Shown here piece by piece: positions 16,991 to 24,657 of a stretch of DNA of 64,000 nt (the stretch's first letter is position 1; every line of letters starts with the position of its first letter). This DNA is from Anaerolineae bacterium (GTDB taxonomy: Bacteria > Chloroflexota > Anaerolineae > B4-G1 > DUEL01). The position numbers were made by a program, and so were the translations under genes. Under the pieces are notes generated by a model that had not been told where the DNA came from, did not search any database, and saw nothing but the letters and a program-made list of their open reading frames with translations. The stretch covers positions 2,203-66,202 of the forward strand of contig JANXCY010000013.1 of NCBI GenBank assembly GCA_025060135.1, written 5' to 3'.

Positions 16991-17033
16991 ACACTGTTTC
17001 CCCCAACCATCCCCCAATCATAGGAGGTGCACA

Positions 17034-18773
17034 ATGTCCAGGATGCTACGGGTCAACATGACTGACCGGACAGTCAAGTACGAAGATGTCCCCGAGCAGT
17101 ACCGCTTACTGGGCGGGCGCGGCCTGACCTCCTCCATCATCTGCGACGAAGTGGACCCCACCTGCCATCCTCTGGGCCCCAACAACAAACTGGTTTTCGC
17201 CCCGGGCATCATCACCGGCACCAATGCGCCTACCTCTGGTCGCGTCTCGGTGGGCGGGAAATCCCCCCTCACCGGCGGCATCAAAGAGTCCAACGCCGGT
17301 AGCGGCTGGCCCCAGTCGGTGGCCAAACTGGGGATCAAGGCCATCATCGTGGAGGGCTACCCCAAGGACGGCGGCTGGTGGGGGCTGCACATCACCAAAG
17401 ACGGTGCCACCTTCTTCCCCGCCAACGAGTACGCCGGTCGGAGCCTCTACGAGGTCTACCCGCTTCTCTTTGAGCGCTTCGGCAAGAAAGTAGACATCTG
17501 CTCCATCGGCGTCGCCGGAGAGATGAAGATGGCCATGGCCGGGGTCTGCTTTAACGACGCGCATGGGCGGCCCAGCCGTTACTCCGGGCGCGGGGGCCTC
17601 GGCGCAGTGATGGGCTCCAAAGGGCTCAAGTTCATCGTCGTGGACGCCACCGGTGGGCCCGGGGTGGAGATCGCCAACCCCGACCTCTTTGAGCAGGGCC
17701 GCAAGAAGATGCTGGAAGCGCTCCGCCAGCACGACATCACCAAGCCCAAAGGCGGCCTGAACACCTACGGTACCGCGATCCTGGTCAACATCCTCAACGA
17801 GGCCGGCGCCTACCCCACCCGTAACTTCCGGGAGGGCCGCTTCGAGGGCGCAGCGGCCACCTCCGGTGAGGCCATCTTTGAGAACAACAAGAAGCGCCTG
17901 GGCAAGGAACTCTACAACCACGCCTGCCACCCCGGCTGCGTGATCCAGTGCTCCAACACCTATTACGACGAGCAGGGGAAGGAACTCGTTTCCTGCATTG
18001 AGTACGAGTCCACCTGGGCGCTGGGAGCCAACTGTGGTATTGACAACCTGGATGCCATCGGCAAACTCATCTGGCTCTGTAACGACTTGGGCATTGACAC
18101 GATTGAAACCGGTGGCACCCTGGGGGTGGCGATGGACGCGGGACTTCTGCCCTTCGGCGACTGGCAGGGAGCCATTCGCTTGCTGGATGAGGACATCCGC
18201 AAGGGCACTCCGCTGGGTCGCATCCTGGGCAACGGCGCTGCCTTCACTGGCCAGGCCTTCGGCTGGCACCGGGTCCCTGGCGTGAAGGGACAGAATATGC
18301 CCGCCTACGAGCCGCGCGCCATCAAGGGCATCGGCGTTACCTACGCCACCTCCACCATGGGCGCTGACCACACCGCTGGCTACACCATCGCGCCGGAGAT
18401 CCTGGGCGTGAGCGGTAAGGCCGATCCGCGCGATGTCAAGAAGGCCGACCTCTCCCGCAACTTCCAGGTCGCCACCGCCTTCATTGACTCCACCGGCCAC
18501 TGCCTCTTCATCGCTTTCGCCATCCTGGACATCCCCAGCGGCTTTGAGGGCATGGTGGAAGAGTGCGCGGGCGTCCTGGGCGTGGACTGGACACCGGATG
18601 ACGTAACCCGGATCGGCAAAGAGATAATGGAAAAGGAACTGGCCTTCAACCGGGCCGCGGGCTTCACCAAAGCCCACGACCGGATGCCCGAATTCATGAA
18701 GTACGAGCCGCTCCCTCCCCACAACGTCGTCTGGGACGTGCCCGATGAGGAACTGAACGCCGTGTGGTGGTAA
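17034..18773 (+). CDS. aor: Tungsten-containing aldehyde:ferredoxin oxidoreductase (AOR family).
   Basis: A 579-aa protein with an N-terminal AFOR_N domain (RVNMTDRTVKYEDVP...GGRGL) and an AFOR_C domain with conserved Cys residues. It is full length with a good SD. Confidence 0.9.
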   Translation: MSRMLRVNMTDRTVKYEDVPEQYRLLGGRGLTSSIICDEVDPTCHPLGPNNKLVFAPGIITGTNAPTSGRVSVGGKSPLTGGIKESNAGSGWPQSVAKLGIKAIIVEGYPKDGGWWGLHITKDGATFFPANEYAGRSLYEVYPLLFERFGKKVDICSIGVAGEMKMAMAGVCFNDAHGRPSRYSGRGGLGAVMGSKGLKFIVVDATGGPGVEIANPDLFEQGRKKMLEALRQHDITKPKGGLNTYGTAILVNILNEAGAYPTRNFREGRFEGAAATSGEAIFENNKKRLGKELYNHACHPGCVIQCSNTYYDEQGKELVSCIEYESTWALGANCGIDNLDAIGKLIWLCNDLGIDTIETGGTLGVAMDAGLLPFGDWQGAIRLLDEDIRKGTPLGRILGNGAAFTGQAFGWHRVPGVKGQNMPAYEPRAIKGIGVTYATSTMGADHTAGYTIAPEILGVSGKADPRDVKKADLSRNFQVATAFIDSTGHCLFIAFAILDIPSGFEGMVEECAGVLGVDWTPDDVTRIGKEIMEKELAFNRAAGFTKAHDRMPEFMKYEPLPPHNVVWDVPDEELNAVWW

Positions 18774-18828
18774 ACCCAGTACCCCCAGCGCCGGGTGCTG
18801 GCCCCATAGCCAGCATCAAAGCCATACC

Positions 18829-18875
18829 TTTTCCCTGCGGCGGCGGTGCCGTTGCAGGGAAAATGTTTTCTTTAC
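18829..18875 (+). terminator. Intrinsic terminator after AOR.
   Basis: TTTTCCCTGC, a 15-nt loop and GCAGGGAAAA form a perfect 10-bp inverted repeat, followed by TGTTTTCTTT. Confidence 0.6.
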
Positions 18876-18939
18876 ATACCCCTATCCCCTGCTGAGATAG
18901 ATGTCCCCACCGAATCCAACCTAGGATCAGGAGCACCTG

Positions 18940-18967
18940 TTGCGGTTTCCGGTACGTGTGGTAAAAT
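18940..18967 (+). promoter_or_regulatory. Promoter: TTGCGG, 16 nt, TGgTAAAAT (extended -10).
   Basis: -35 at 18940-18945 and -10 at 18962-18967 with TG at -15/-14. It lies upstream of the DksA-like gene. Confidence 0.45.
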
Positions 18968-19009
18968 ATATGATTGCCAGATGGACGGGTACGATACACG
19001 GAGGGCCCA

Positions 19010-19354
19010 ATGCCGGTCTCAAACGAGGAACTGAGAAACTGCCTGCTTCAAGAACGGGCATACCTGCTGGAACAGGTAACCCGACCTGGCGACCATGAGT
19101 ATCGCAGCGCCGGATACGGCAACCACATCGCCGATGATGCCACCGAGACCTTTGAACAGGCCAAAGAGGTCTCCCTTCACCGGAATGAGACCTCTTTACT
19201 CTGGCTGGTAGAGCATGCCCTGGCGAAGTTTGAACTGGGCACCTATGGCATCTGCGAGGCATGTGGCGCCCCGATTGACCGGGCCCGCTTGAAAGCCCTC
19301 CCCTACGCGCTGTACTGTCTGGACTGTCAGGCTCAGATGGAGCAGCGGCGGTAG
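19010..19354 (+). CDS. DksA/TraR-family C4 zinc-finger protein.
   Basis: The C-terminal motif CEACGAPIDRARLKALPYALYCLDC is a four-Cys finger. The start at 19010 has an SD GGAGGG; the ORF track start at 18974 would be leaderless. Confidence 0.7.
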   Translation: MPVSNEELRNCLLQERAYLLEQVTRPGDHEYRSAGYGNHIADDATETFEQAKEVSLHRNETSLLWLVEHALAKFELGTYGICEACGAPIDRARLKALPYALYCLDCQAQMEQRR

Positions 19355-19367
19355 GCGCGCTGTCGGG

Positions 19368-19889
19368 GTGGCCTCCAGAGGTGCTTCGTTGTCCGGCCTC
19401 AAAAACCTGATTCTGATCACCATCGCCGCGCTGACCGTGGCCCTGGACCAGGCCACCAAATCCTGGATTGTGGCTCACATGAGCCTGGGAGAATCCAGAG
19501 AAGTGGCCCCATGGCTGAACGCCATTTTCTCCCTGACCTATGTCACCAACACCGGTATCGCCTTCGGCCTGTTCCAGGGTCTGGGTGATGTCCTCCTGAT
19601 CGTCGCCCTGCTCGCTGTCGGCGCGATGTTTATCTACTACCGCCACCTCCCCCCCGGTCCTCTTCTGCTCCCTATCGCCCTGGGCCTTCAACTGGGTGGC
19701 GCCCTGGGCAATCTGATAGACCGTCTGACCCGAGGGGCCGTAGTGGATTTCATTGACCTGAATTTCTGGCCCCTCCATCACTGGCCGATTTTCAACCTGG
19801 CGGATGCCAGCATCGTAACCGGCGTGGCCCTTCTGGTGTTAATGATACTGAGCAAGAAAGACCGCCGGGAGCCGCTGGCTCCAACATGA
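19368..19889 (+). CDS. lspA: Lipoprotein signal peptidase (signal peptidase II).
   Basis: The protein has four TM helices and the LspA motifs NTGIAFG and VVDFID...FNLADASI. Confidence 0.8.
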   Translation: MASRGASLSGLKNLILITIAALTVALDQATKSWIVAHMSLGESREVAPWLNAIFSLTYVTNTGIAFGLFQGLGDVLLIVALLAVGAMFIYYRHLPPGPLLLPIALGLQLGGALGNLIDRLTRGAVVDFIDLNFWPLHHWPIFNLADASIVTGVALLVLMILSKKDRREPLAPT

Positions 19890-20818
19890 CTATGGCAACG
19901 CCCTCCTGCGGAGAGGTCTCTTTCGTCGTCTCTTCCGAAGAAGCGGGAGAACGGCTGGACCGGGCCTTGGTCGCCCGGTTCCCGGACCTCAGTCGCGCCC
20001 AACTCCAGCGGCTGGTCCGCTCCGGCGCCGTTACCGTCAACGACTCCACCGTCCGGCCGGCTCACCGGCTCACGCTCGGCGACCGGGTCGCCATCACCTT
20101 CCCGGAGGAACCGACGGTCCGCCCCGAAGCCCTCCCGCTGACCATCGTCTACGAGGACGACTACCTGCTGGTAGTGGACAAACCGGCGGGAATGGTAGTT
20201 CACCCGGCTGCCCGGCTGGTCAGCGGCACCCTGGTCAATGCCTTGCTGGCCCACTGCCCCCAACTCGCCAGCGTGGGTGGACCGGACCGGGCAGGCATCG
20301 TCCATCGCCTGGACCGGGAGACCTCGGGGCTCATCGTGGTGGCCAAACATCCGGAGATCCACGCGGCCCTCCAGCGACAGTTCCAACGCCGCCGGGTGCG
20401 TAAAACCTACGTGGCCCTGGTAGAGGGACAAGTCCACCCCCGCGAAGGCATCATTGACGTCCCCATCGGCCGGGACCCGAGAGATCGGACCCGGATGATG
20501 GCCTCCCGAACAGGCCGCCCGGCTATCACTCAGTACCGGGGGGTGGAATTCTTCCCCCACTACACCCTGCTGGAAGTACGTCCGCACACCGGTCGGACCC
20601 ATCAGATTCGGGTGCACCTGGCCTGGCTGGGCTACCCGGTGGTCGGCGATCGGGTCTACGGGCGGCGACACCAGCCGTTGCTCCCGGACCGTCATTTCCT
20701 GCATGCCCGCGACCTGGCCTTTACCCATCCGGTTACGGGGAAGCCCCTCTCCCTTTCCGCGCCCCTGCCCCCCGAATTGACCGCGATCCTGACCCGGCTG
20801 CGGCGAGAGAAGTCATAG
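19886..20818 (+). CDS. rluD: RluA-family 23S rRNA pseudouridine synthase (RluD-like).
   Basis: It has an S4 domain plus the catalytic motif HRLDRETSGLIVVAK. It overlaps lspA by 4 nt (ATGA). lspA-rluD linkage is typical. Confidence 0.85.
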   Translation: MTMATPSCGEVSFVVSSEEAGERLDRALVARFPDLSRAQLQRLVRSGAVTVNDSTVRPAHRLTLGDRVAITFPEEPTVRPEALPLTIVYEDDYLLVVDKPAGMVVHPAARLVSGTLVNALLAHCPQLASVGGPDRAGIVHRLDRETSGLIVVAKHPEIHAALQRQFQRRRVRKTYVALVEGQVHPREGIIDVPIGRDPRDRTRMMASRTGRPAITQYRGVEFFPHYTLLEVRPHTGRTHQIRVHLAWLGYPVVGDRVYGRRHQPLLPDRHFLHARDLAFTHPVTGKPLSLSAPLPPELTAILTRLRREKS

Positions 20819-20850
20819 CACCCCGCGCGGCAAGAAAGGAGAATCCGCCC

Positions 20851-21732
20851 ATGTCCGAAGACCTACTCCAACGGGTTGCTCCGCCTCCCGAGCCCGCCAG
20901 CCCGGGCCTGCGGCTGCGGACCGCCCGGGAGGCCCGGGGGCTATCACTGCAGGAGGTGGAAGCCGCCACCCGCATTCGCGCCCGCTACCTGGAAGCCCTG
21001 GAGACGGGGCAGTACAACGTGATGCCCGGCGGAGAGGCCCAGGTGCGTGGATTCCTGCGCCGCTACGCCACCTTTCTGAACATCCCCCCGGAAGAAATCA
21101 TCGCCCTCTATGACCGGGAACATCAGCGGGAACCCGCCCCCTCCGCGCCTCCTCCAGCCCGACCCGGAGCCCCCTGGGGCCCCCGGATGGCTTCAACCCG
21201 CCAGCCGGTCCAACGGCCGCGTCCGGAAACGGCGGGGCGCCAGCCCCGAATGGTGGTCTTGCTAAGCCTGATAGCGTTGATCGGAGCCATCGCCCTGGGA
21301 GGGACATGGCTGATGACCCACCCGGGGCGATTTTTTTCCGGCTCCCGGGCCACACCGACCGTCGGCGCCTTCCGTCCCCCCGCATTCCCCTCTCCTATGG
21401 CCACGGCCCCCCTGGCCTCGCCGACCCCTGTTCCCACCCCCGCGCCGCCCCCTACCTTCCCCGTCTCCACCGACGCCGTAACCGTTACTCTGGAAGCGCG
21501 CGAGCACGTCTGGGTCCGGGTGACGGTGGACGGCTTCACTGCTTTTGAGGGCATGCTCTCCCCCGACAACCCCCGGACATGGATAGGACAGGAAATGGTG
21601 GTGGTGGAGACCGGCAACGGGGCCGGGGTGGTCGCCGTGGTGAACGGCCAGTCCCAGGGCCCCCTCTGCGGGCGCGGCGAGGTCTGCACCCGGGGGTGGG
21701 AACCCACCGGGGAAATCCCGCTCCAGAGATGA
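20851..21732 (+). CDS. rodZ: RodZ-like cytoskeleton protein (XRE HTH, single TM, Pro-rich linker, C-terminal DUF4115).
   Basis: The N-terminal HTH is LRTAREARGLSLQEVEAATRIRARYLEALE. A TM helix LLSLIALIGAIALGG and a P/T/A-rich linker follow. The C-terminus reads VWVRVTVDG...VNG. Confidence 0.6.
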   Translation: MSEDLLQRVAPPPEPASPGLRLRTAREARGLSLQEVEAATRIRARYLEALETGQYNVMPGGEAQVRGFLRRYATFLNIPPEEIIALYDREHQREPAPSAPPPARPGAPWGPRMASTRQPVQRPRPETAGRQPRMVVLLSLIALIGAIALGGTWLMTHPGRFFSGSRATPTVGAFRPPAFPSPMATAPLASPTPVPTPAPPPTFPVSTDAVTVTLEAREHVWVRVTVDGFTAFEGMLSPDNPRTWIGQEMVVVETGNGAGVVAVVNGQSQGPLCGRGEVCTRGWEPTGEIPLQR

Positions 21733-21759
21733 GCCGCCCCCAACCCACCTGGAGGCCCT

Positions 21760-22017
21760 ATGACCGCAAAGGGAATGGTCATCATAGACGAAAACCGATG
21801 TAAAGGATGCGGGCTCTGCCTTGCCGTCTGCCCGGTCCACATCCTGAAACTGGCCGACGGTCGGTTCAACACCCGGGGCTACCGGCCTGTAGAAATAACG
21901 GACCCCGAAGCCTGTACCGGTTGCGCCATGTGCGCCATCATCTGCCCCGACGTGGTCTTTACCGTCTACCGCCGCAGGGCCCGTCGTGGGCAACCCGCTC
22001 CCCCCCCGACCGGTTGA
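21760..22017 (+). CDS. korD: 2-oxoacid:ferredoxin oxidoreductase delta subunit (2x[4Fe-4S] ferredoxin).
   Basis: The protein contains the two ferredoxin cluster motifs [12 protein letters not shown] and [12 protein letters not shown]. Confidence 0.7.
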   Translation: MTAKGMVIIDENRCKGCGLCLAVCPVHILKLADGRFNTRGYRPVEITDPEACTGCAMCAIICPDVVFTVYRRRARRGQPAPPPTG

Positions 22018-22048
22018 CAGGCTGGACACCTCCTTGGAGCGAGTACCT

Positions 22049-23110
22049 ATGGCCAGAGAACTGTGGGAAGGGAATATGGCCATCGCGGAGGCCGCCGTTC
22101 GGGCAGGATTGGAGGCCTTCTTTGGTTACCCCATTACCCCTCAAACCGAGATCTTAGAGTATCTCTCTCGCCGTCTACCCGAACTGGGACGGGTCTTTCT
22201 GCAGGCCGAGAGCGAGGTGGCTTCCATCAATATGGTCTACGGCGCCGCCTGTGCCGGTGCCCGGGTGATGACTTCTTCCTCCAGCCCCGGCATCAGCCTG
22301 ATGCAGGAGGGGTTCTCGTATATCGCCTGCTCCGAAGTCCCCGCCGTTGTGGTGAACCTGATGCGGGGCGGGCCCGGCCTGGGGAATGTGGCCCCCTCTC
22401 AGGGAGACTACTTTCAAGCCGTGAAGATGGCCGGACATGGCGACTTCCACCCCATCGTCCTGGCCCCGGGCAGCATCCAGGAAGCGATTGACCTGACCAT
22501 CCTGGCCTTTGACCTGGCGGATCGGTATCGCACCCTGGCAATGATTGTCGCGGACGGGTCCCTGGGCCAGATGATGGAACCCGCCGAGATGCCCCCGATG
22601 CGCCCCGTCCGTCCGCCCGGTGAGCGCCCCCCCTGGGCGCTCACCGGGGCTCGGGGCCGCCTGCCCAATGTGATTACTTCCCTCTACCTGGCGGAAGAAG
22701 ACCTGGAACAGGTCAATCTGCGCCTGCAGGCCAAACTGCGTCGAATTGCGGCGAACGAAGTCCGCTGGAAGGAGTACGCCACCGACGACGCCGAACTGCT
22801 CATAGTGGCCTTCGGCACAGTGGGGCGGATCTGCCAGACGGTGGTGCGGGAAGCCCGGGCTAAAGGCTTGAAAGCCGGCCTCCTGCGCCCGGTTACCCTC
22901 TGGCCCTTCCCCTCGACCCGTATCGCCGAACTGGCTGCGCGAGTGCGAGGAATGCTGGTCGTGGAGATGAACGCCGGGCAGATGCTGGAGGACGTCCGAC
23001 TGGCAGTGGAGGCCCGCTGCCCCGTCCGCTTCTACGGCCGGCTGGGCGGCATGATCCCCCTGCCGGATGAGATTCTGCCCCAACTGGAAGCAATGGACGC
23101 GGAGGTATGA
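22049..23110 (+). CDS. korA: 2-oxoacid:ferredoxin oxidoreductase alpha subunit.
   Basis: The POR/KOR alpha fold is present ([10 protein letters not shown]...[10 protein letters not shown]...[12 protein letters not shown]). The start is taken at MARELWEG; the ORF track begins at 21986. Confidence 0.85.
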   Translation: MARELWEGNMAIAEAAVRAGLEAFFGYPITPQTEILEYLSRRLPELGRVFLQAESEVASINMVYGAACAGARVMTSSSSPGISLMQEGFSYIACSEVPAVVVNLMRGGPGLGNVAPSQGDYFQAVKMAGHGDFHPIVLAPGSIQEAIDLTILAFDLADRYRTLAMIVADGSLGQMMEPAEMPPMRPVRPPGERPPWALTGARGRLPNVITSLYLAEEDLEQVNLRLQAKLRRIAANEVRWKEYATDDAELLIVAFGTVGRICQTVVREARAKGLKAGLLRPVTLWPFPSTRIAELAARVRGMLVVEMNAGQMLEDVRLAVEARCPVRFYGRLGGMIPLPDEILPQLEAMDAEV

Positions 23111-23905
23111 ATGGCCACCGGACAGGACATCCCTCCCGATATGGAACCGGTCTACCAGTACCCGGAAAGTTTGACCTCCCGGTTCACCCACTACTGCCCC
23201 GGCTGTACCCATGGGGTTATCCATCGGCTCATCGCCGAAGTGATTGACGAACTGGGCATCCGGGAGCGGACGGTCGGCGTGGCGCCGGTGGGGTGCGCGG
23301 TGCTGGCGTACGATTACTTCAACCTGGACTTCTGCGAGGCAGCCCACGGACGGGCTCCAGCAATGGCGACCGGCATCAAACGAGTCAGTCCGGATACGGT
23401 GGTCTTCACCTACCAGGGGGACGGCGACCTGGCGGCCATCGGCACCGCGGAGATCATCCATGCCGCCAACCGGGGAGAACTCATCACCACCATCTTCGTC
23501 AACAACGCCATCTACGGGATGACCGGCGGGCAAATGGCCCCCACCACCCTACCCGGCCAGGTTACCACCTCTTCCCCCGGTGGGCGGGACGTCCGGATGG
23601 CCGGCTGGCCCATCAAAATGGCCGAACTGATCGGGGTGCTCCCCGGCGCTGCCTACGTTACCCGACAGGCTGTGTTAGACGTACCCGGAATCCGACGCGC
23701 CAAACAGGCCATCCGACTGGCTTTCCGAGTCCAACTGGCCGGCCTGGGTTTCTCTATGGTGGAAATCCTTTCCACCTGCAACACCAACTGGGGACTCTCG
23801 CCGCTGGAGGCGCTGGAATGGGCAAAGGCCCACATGGTCCCCTATTACCCCCTGGGGGACACCAAGGTGGCCGACGCAGTACGCGCGCTGATGGAGCAAG
23901 CATAG
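23111..23905 (+). CDS. korB: 2-oxoacid:ferredoxin oxidoreductase beta subunit (TPP-binding).
   Basis: The TPP-binding motif GDGD reads GDGDLAAIG...[11 protein letters not shown]. It starts 1 nt after the korA stop. Confidence 0.85.
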   Translation: MATGQDIPPDMEPVYQYPESLTSRFTHYCPGCTHGVIHRLIAEVIDELGIRERTVGVAPVGCAVLAYDYFNLDFCEAAHGRAPAMATGIKRVSPDTVVFTYQGDGDLAAIGTAEIIHAANRGELITTIFVNNAIYGMTGGQMAPTTLPGQVTTSSPGGRDVRMAGWPIKMAELIGVLPGAAYVTRQAVLDVPGIRRAKQAIRLAFRVQLAGLGFSMVEILSTCNTNWGLSPLEALEWAKAHMVPYYPLGDTKVADAVRALMEQA

Positions 23906-23947
23906 CCCAGGCCGTCAGGCCTGTATCCTCCCCCAACGGAGACGCAC

Positions 23948-24487
23948 ATGCAGGAAGAAATCCTTATCTCCGGCTTTGGCGGTCAGGGAACCCTTTTTGC
24001 CGGACAGATGCTGGCCTACGCGGCTATGGACGCGGGATTCCACGTTACCTGGATTCCCTCCTACGGCCCGGAAATTCGCGGTGGCCGGTCCCGCTGTACC
24101 GTGATCATCTCGGACCAAGAAATCGGTTCCCCCCTGGTCCGCCACCCCAGCGCGGCCATTGTGATGAGCATCCCCTCCATGGAAGCCTTTGAGCCCGCTG
24201 TCCGACCCGGAGGAGTGCTGGTGGTCAACGCTTCCCTGATCCCTATGCGGAGCCAGCGCCCGGACCTCCGCGTCCTCTACGTCCCGGCGCTGGAAATGGC
24301 AATGGAACTGGGGAGCACCCGGGTGGCCAATATGATCTGTCTGGGCGCGCTGGTACAAGCCATGAGCATCCTGCCGCTGGAAACCATAGAACAGGCCATG
24401 GATCGTTACCTGGGAGAACCACATCGGCAGTGGCTTTCGCTGAACAAGGAGGCTCTGCGGCGAGGAGCATCCCTGGCGATGCAGTAG
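23948..24487 (+). CDS. korC: 2-oxoacid:ferredoxin oxidoreductase gamma subunit.
   Basis: ILISGFGGQGTLFAGQMLA is the canonical gamma-subunit N-terminus. Confidence 0.8.
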   Translation: MQEEILISGFGGQGTLFAGQMLAYAAMDAGFHVTWIPSYGPEIRGGRSRCTVIISDQEIGSPLVRHPSAAIVMSIPSMEAFEPAVRPGGVLVVNASLIPMRSQRPDLRVLYVPALEMAMELGSTRVANMICLGALVQAMSILPLETIEQAMDRYLGEPHRQWLSLNKEALRRGASLAMQ

Positions 24488-24496
24488 ACACCATAG

Positions 24497-24596
24497 GGGA
24501 AAACCAGGCGGGAGTGGATGGGAGTCGAACCCACCGCGGCCCGCTCTGCGCGACCCGCCACCGGTTTTGAAGACCGGGAGGCCCACCGGGACCCAA
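24497..24596 (-). tRNA. selC: tRNA-Sec (selC), anticodon UCA.
   Basis: Minus strand reads 5'-GCGGGGGUGGUUGGGUCCCGGUGGGCCUCCCGGUCUUCAAAACCGGUGGCGGGUCGCGCAGAGCGGGCCGCGGUGGGUUCGACUCCCAUCCACUCCCGCC. The acceptor is GCGGGGGU/ACUCCCGC. The D-arm is GGGUCC-CGGU-GGGCCU, a 6-bp stem with a 4-nt loop as in E. coli selC. The anticodon arm is CCGGU-CUUCAAA-ACCGG. The variable arm is about 24 nt. The T-arm is GGUUCGACUCC. CCA is not encoded. Confidence 0.75.
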
Positions 24597-24606
24597 CCAC
24601 CCCCGC

Positions 24607-24635
24607 AGACAGTTCTATCATAATCGAAATAGCCC
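24607..24635 (-). promoter_or_regulatory. Promoter for tRNA-Sec: TTGACG, 17 nt, TATGAT.
   Basis: Minus strand: -35 is the revcomp of 24630-24635 and -10 the revcomp of 24607-24612. The predicted TSS lies within a few nt of the tRNA 5' end. Confidence 0.5.
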
Positions 24636-24657
24636 ATTCCGTCAAGGTGAACGCGCG

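Noticed and set aside
24497-24596. The tRNA-Sec region could be read instead as a simple long hairpin, because the 5' 15 nt pair with the 3' 15 nt.
   Set aside because: A consistent cloverleaf also exists. It has a 6-bp D-stem with a CGGU loop, an anticodon loop CUUCAAA, a long variable arm and a GGUUCGACUCC T-loop. The long 5'/3' pairing is the acceptor stem plus a T-stem look-alike (GUUGGG vs GGUGGG). The tRNA call is kept and the exact boundaries are flagged as uncertain.
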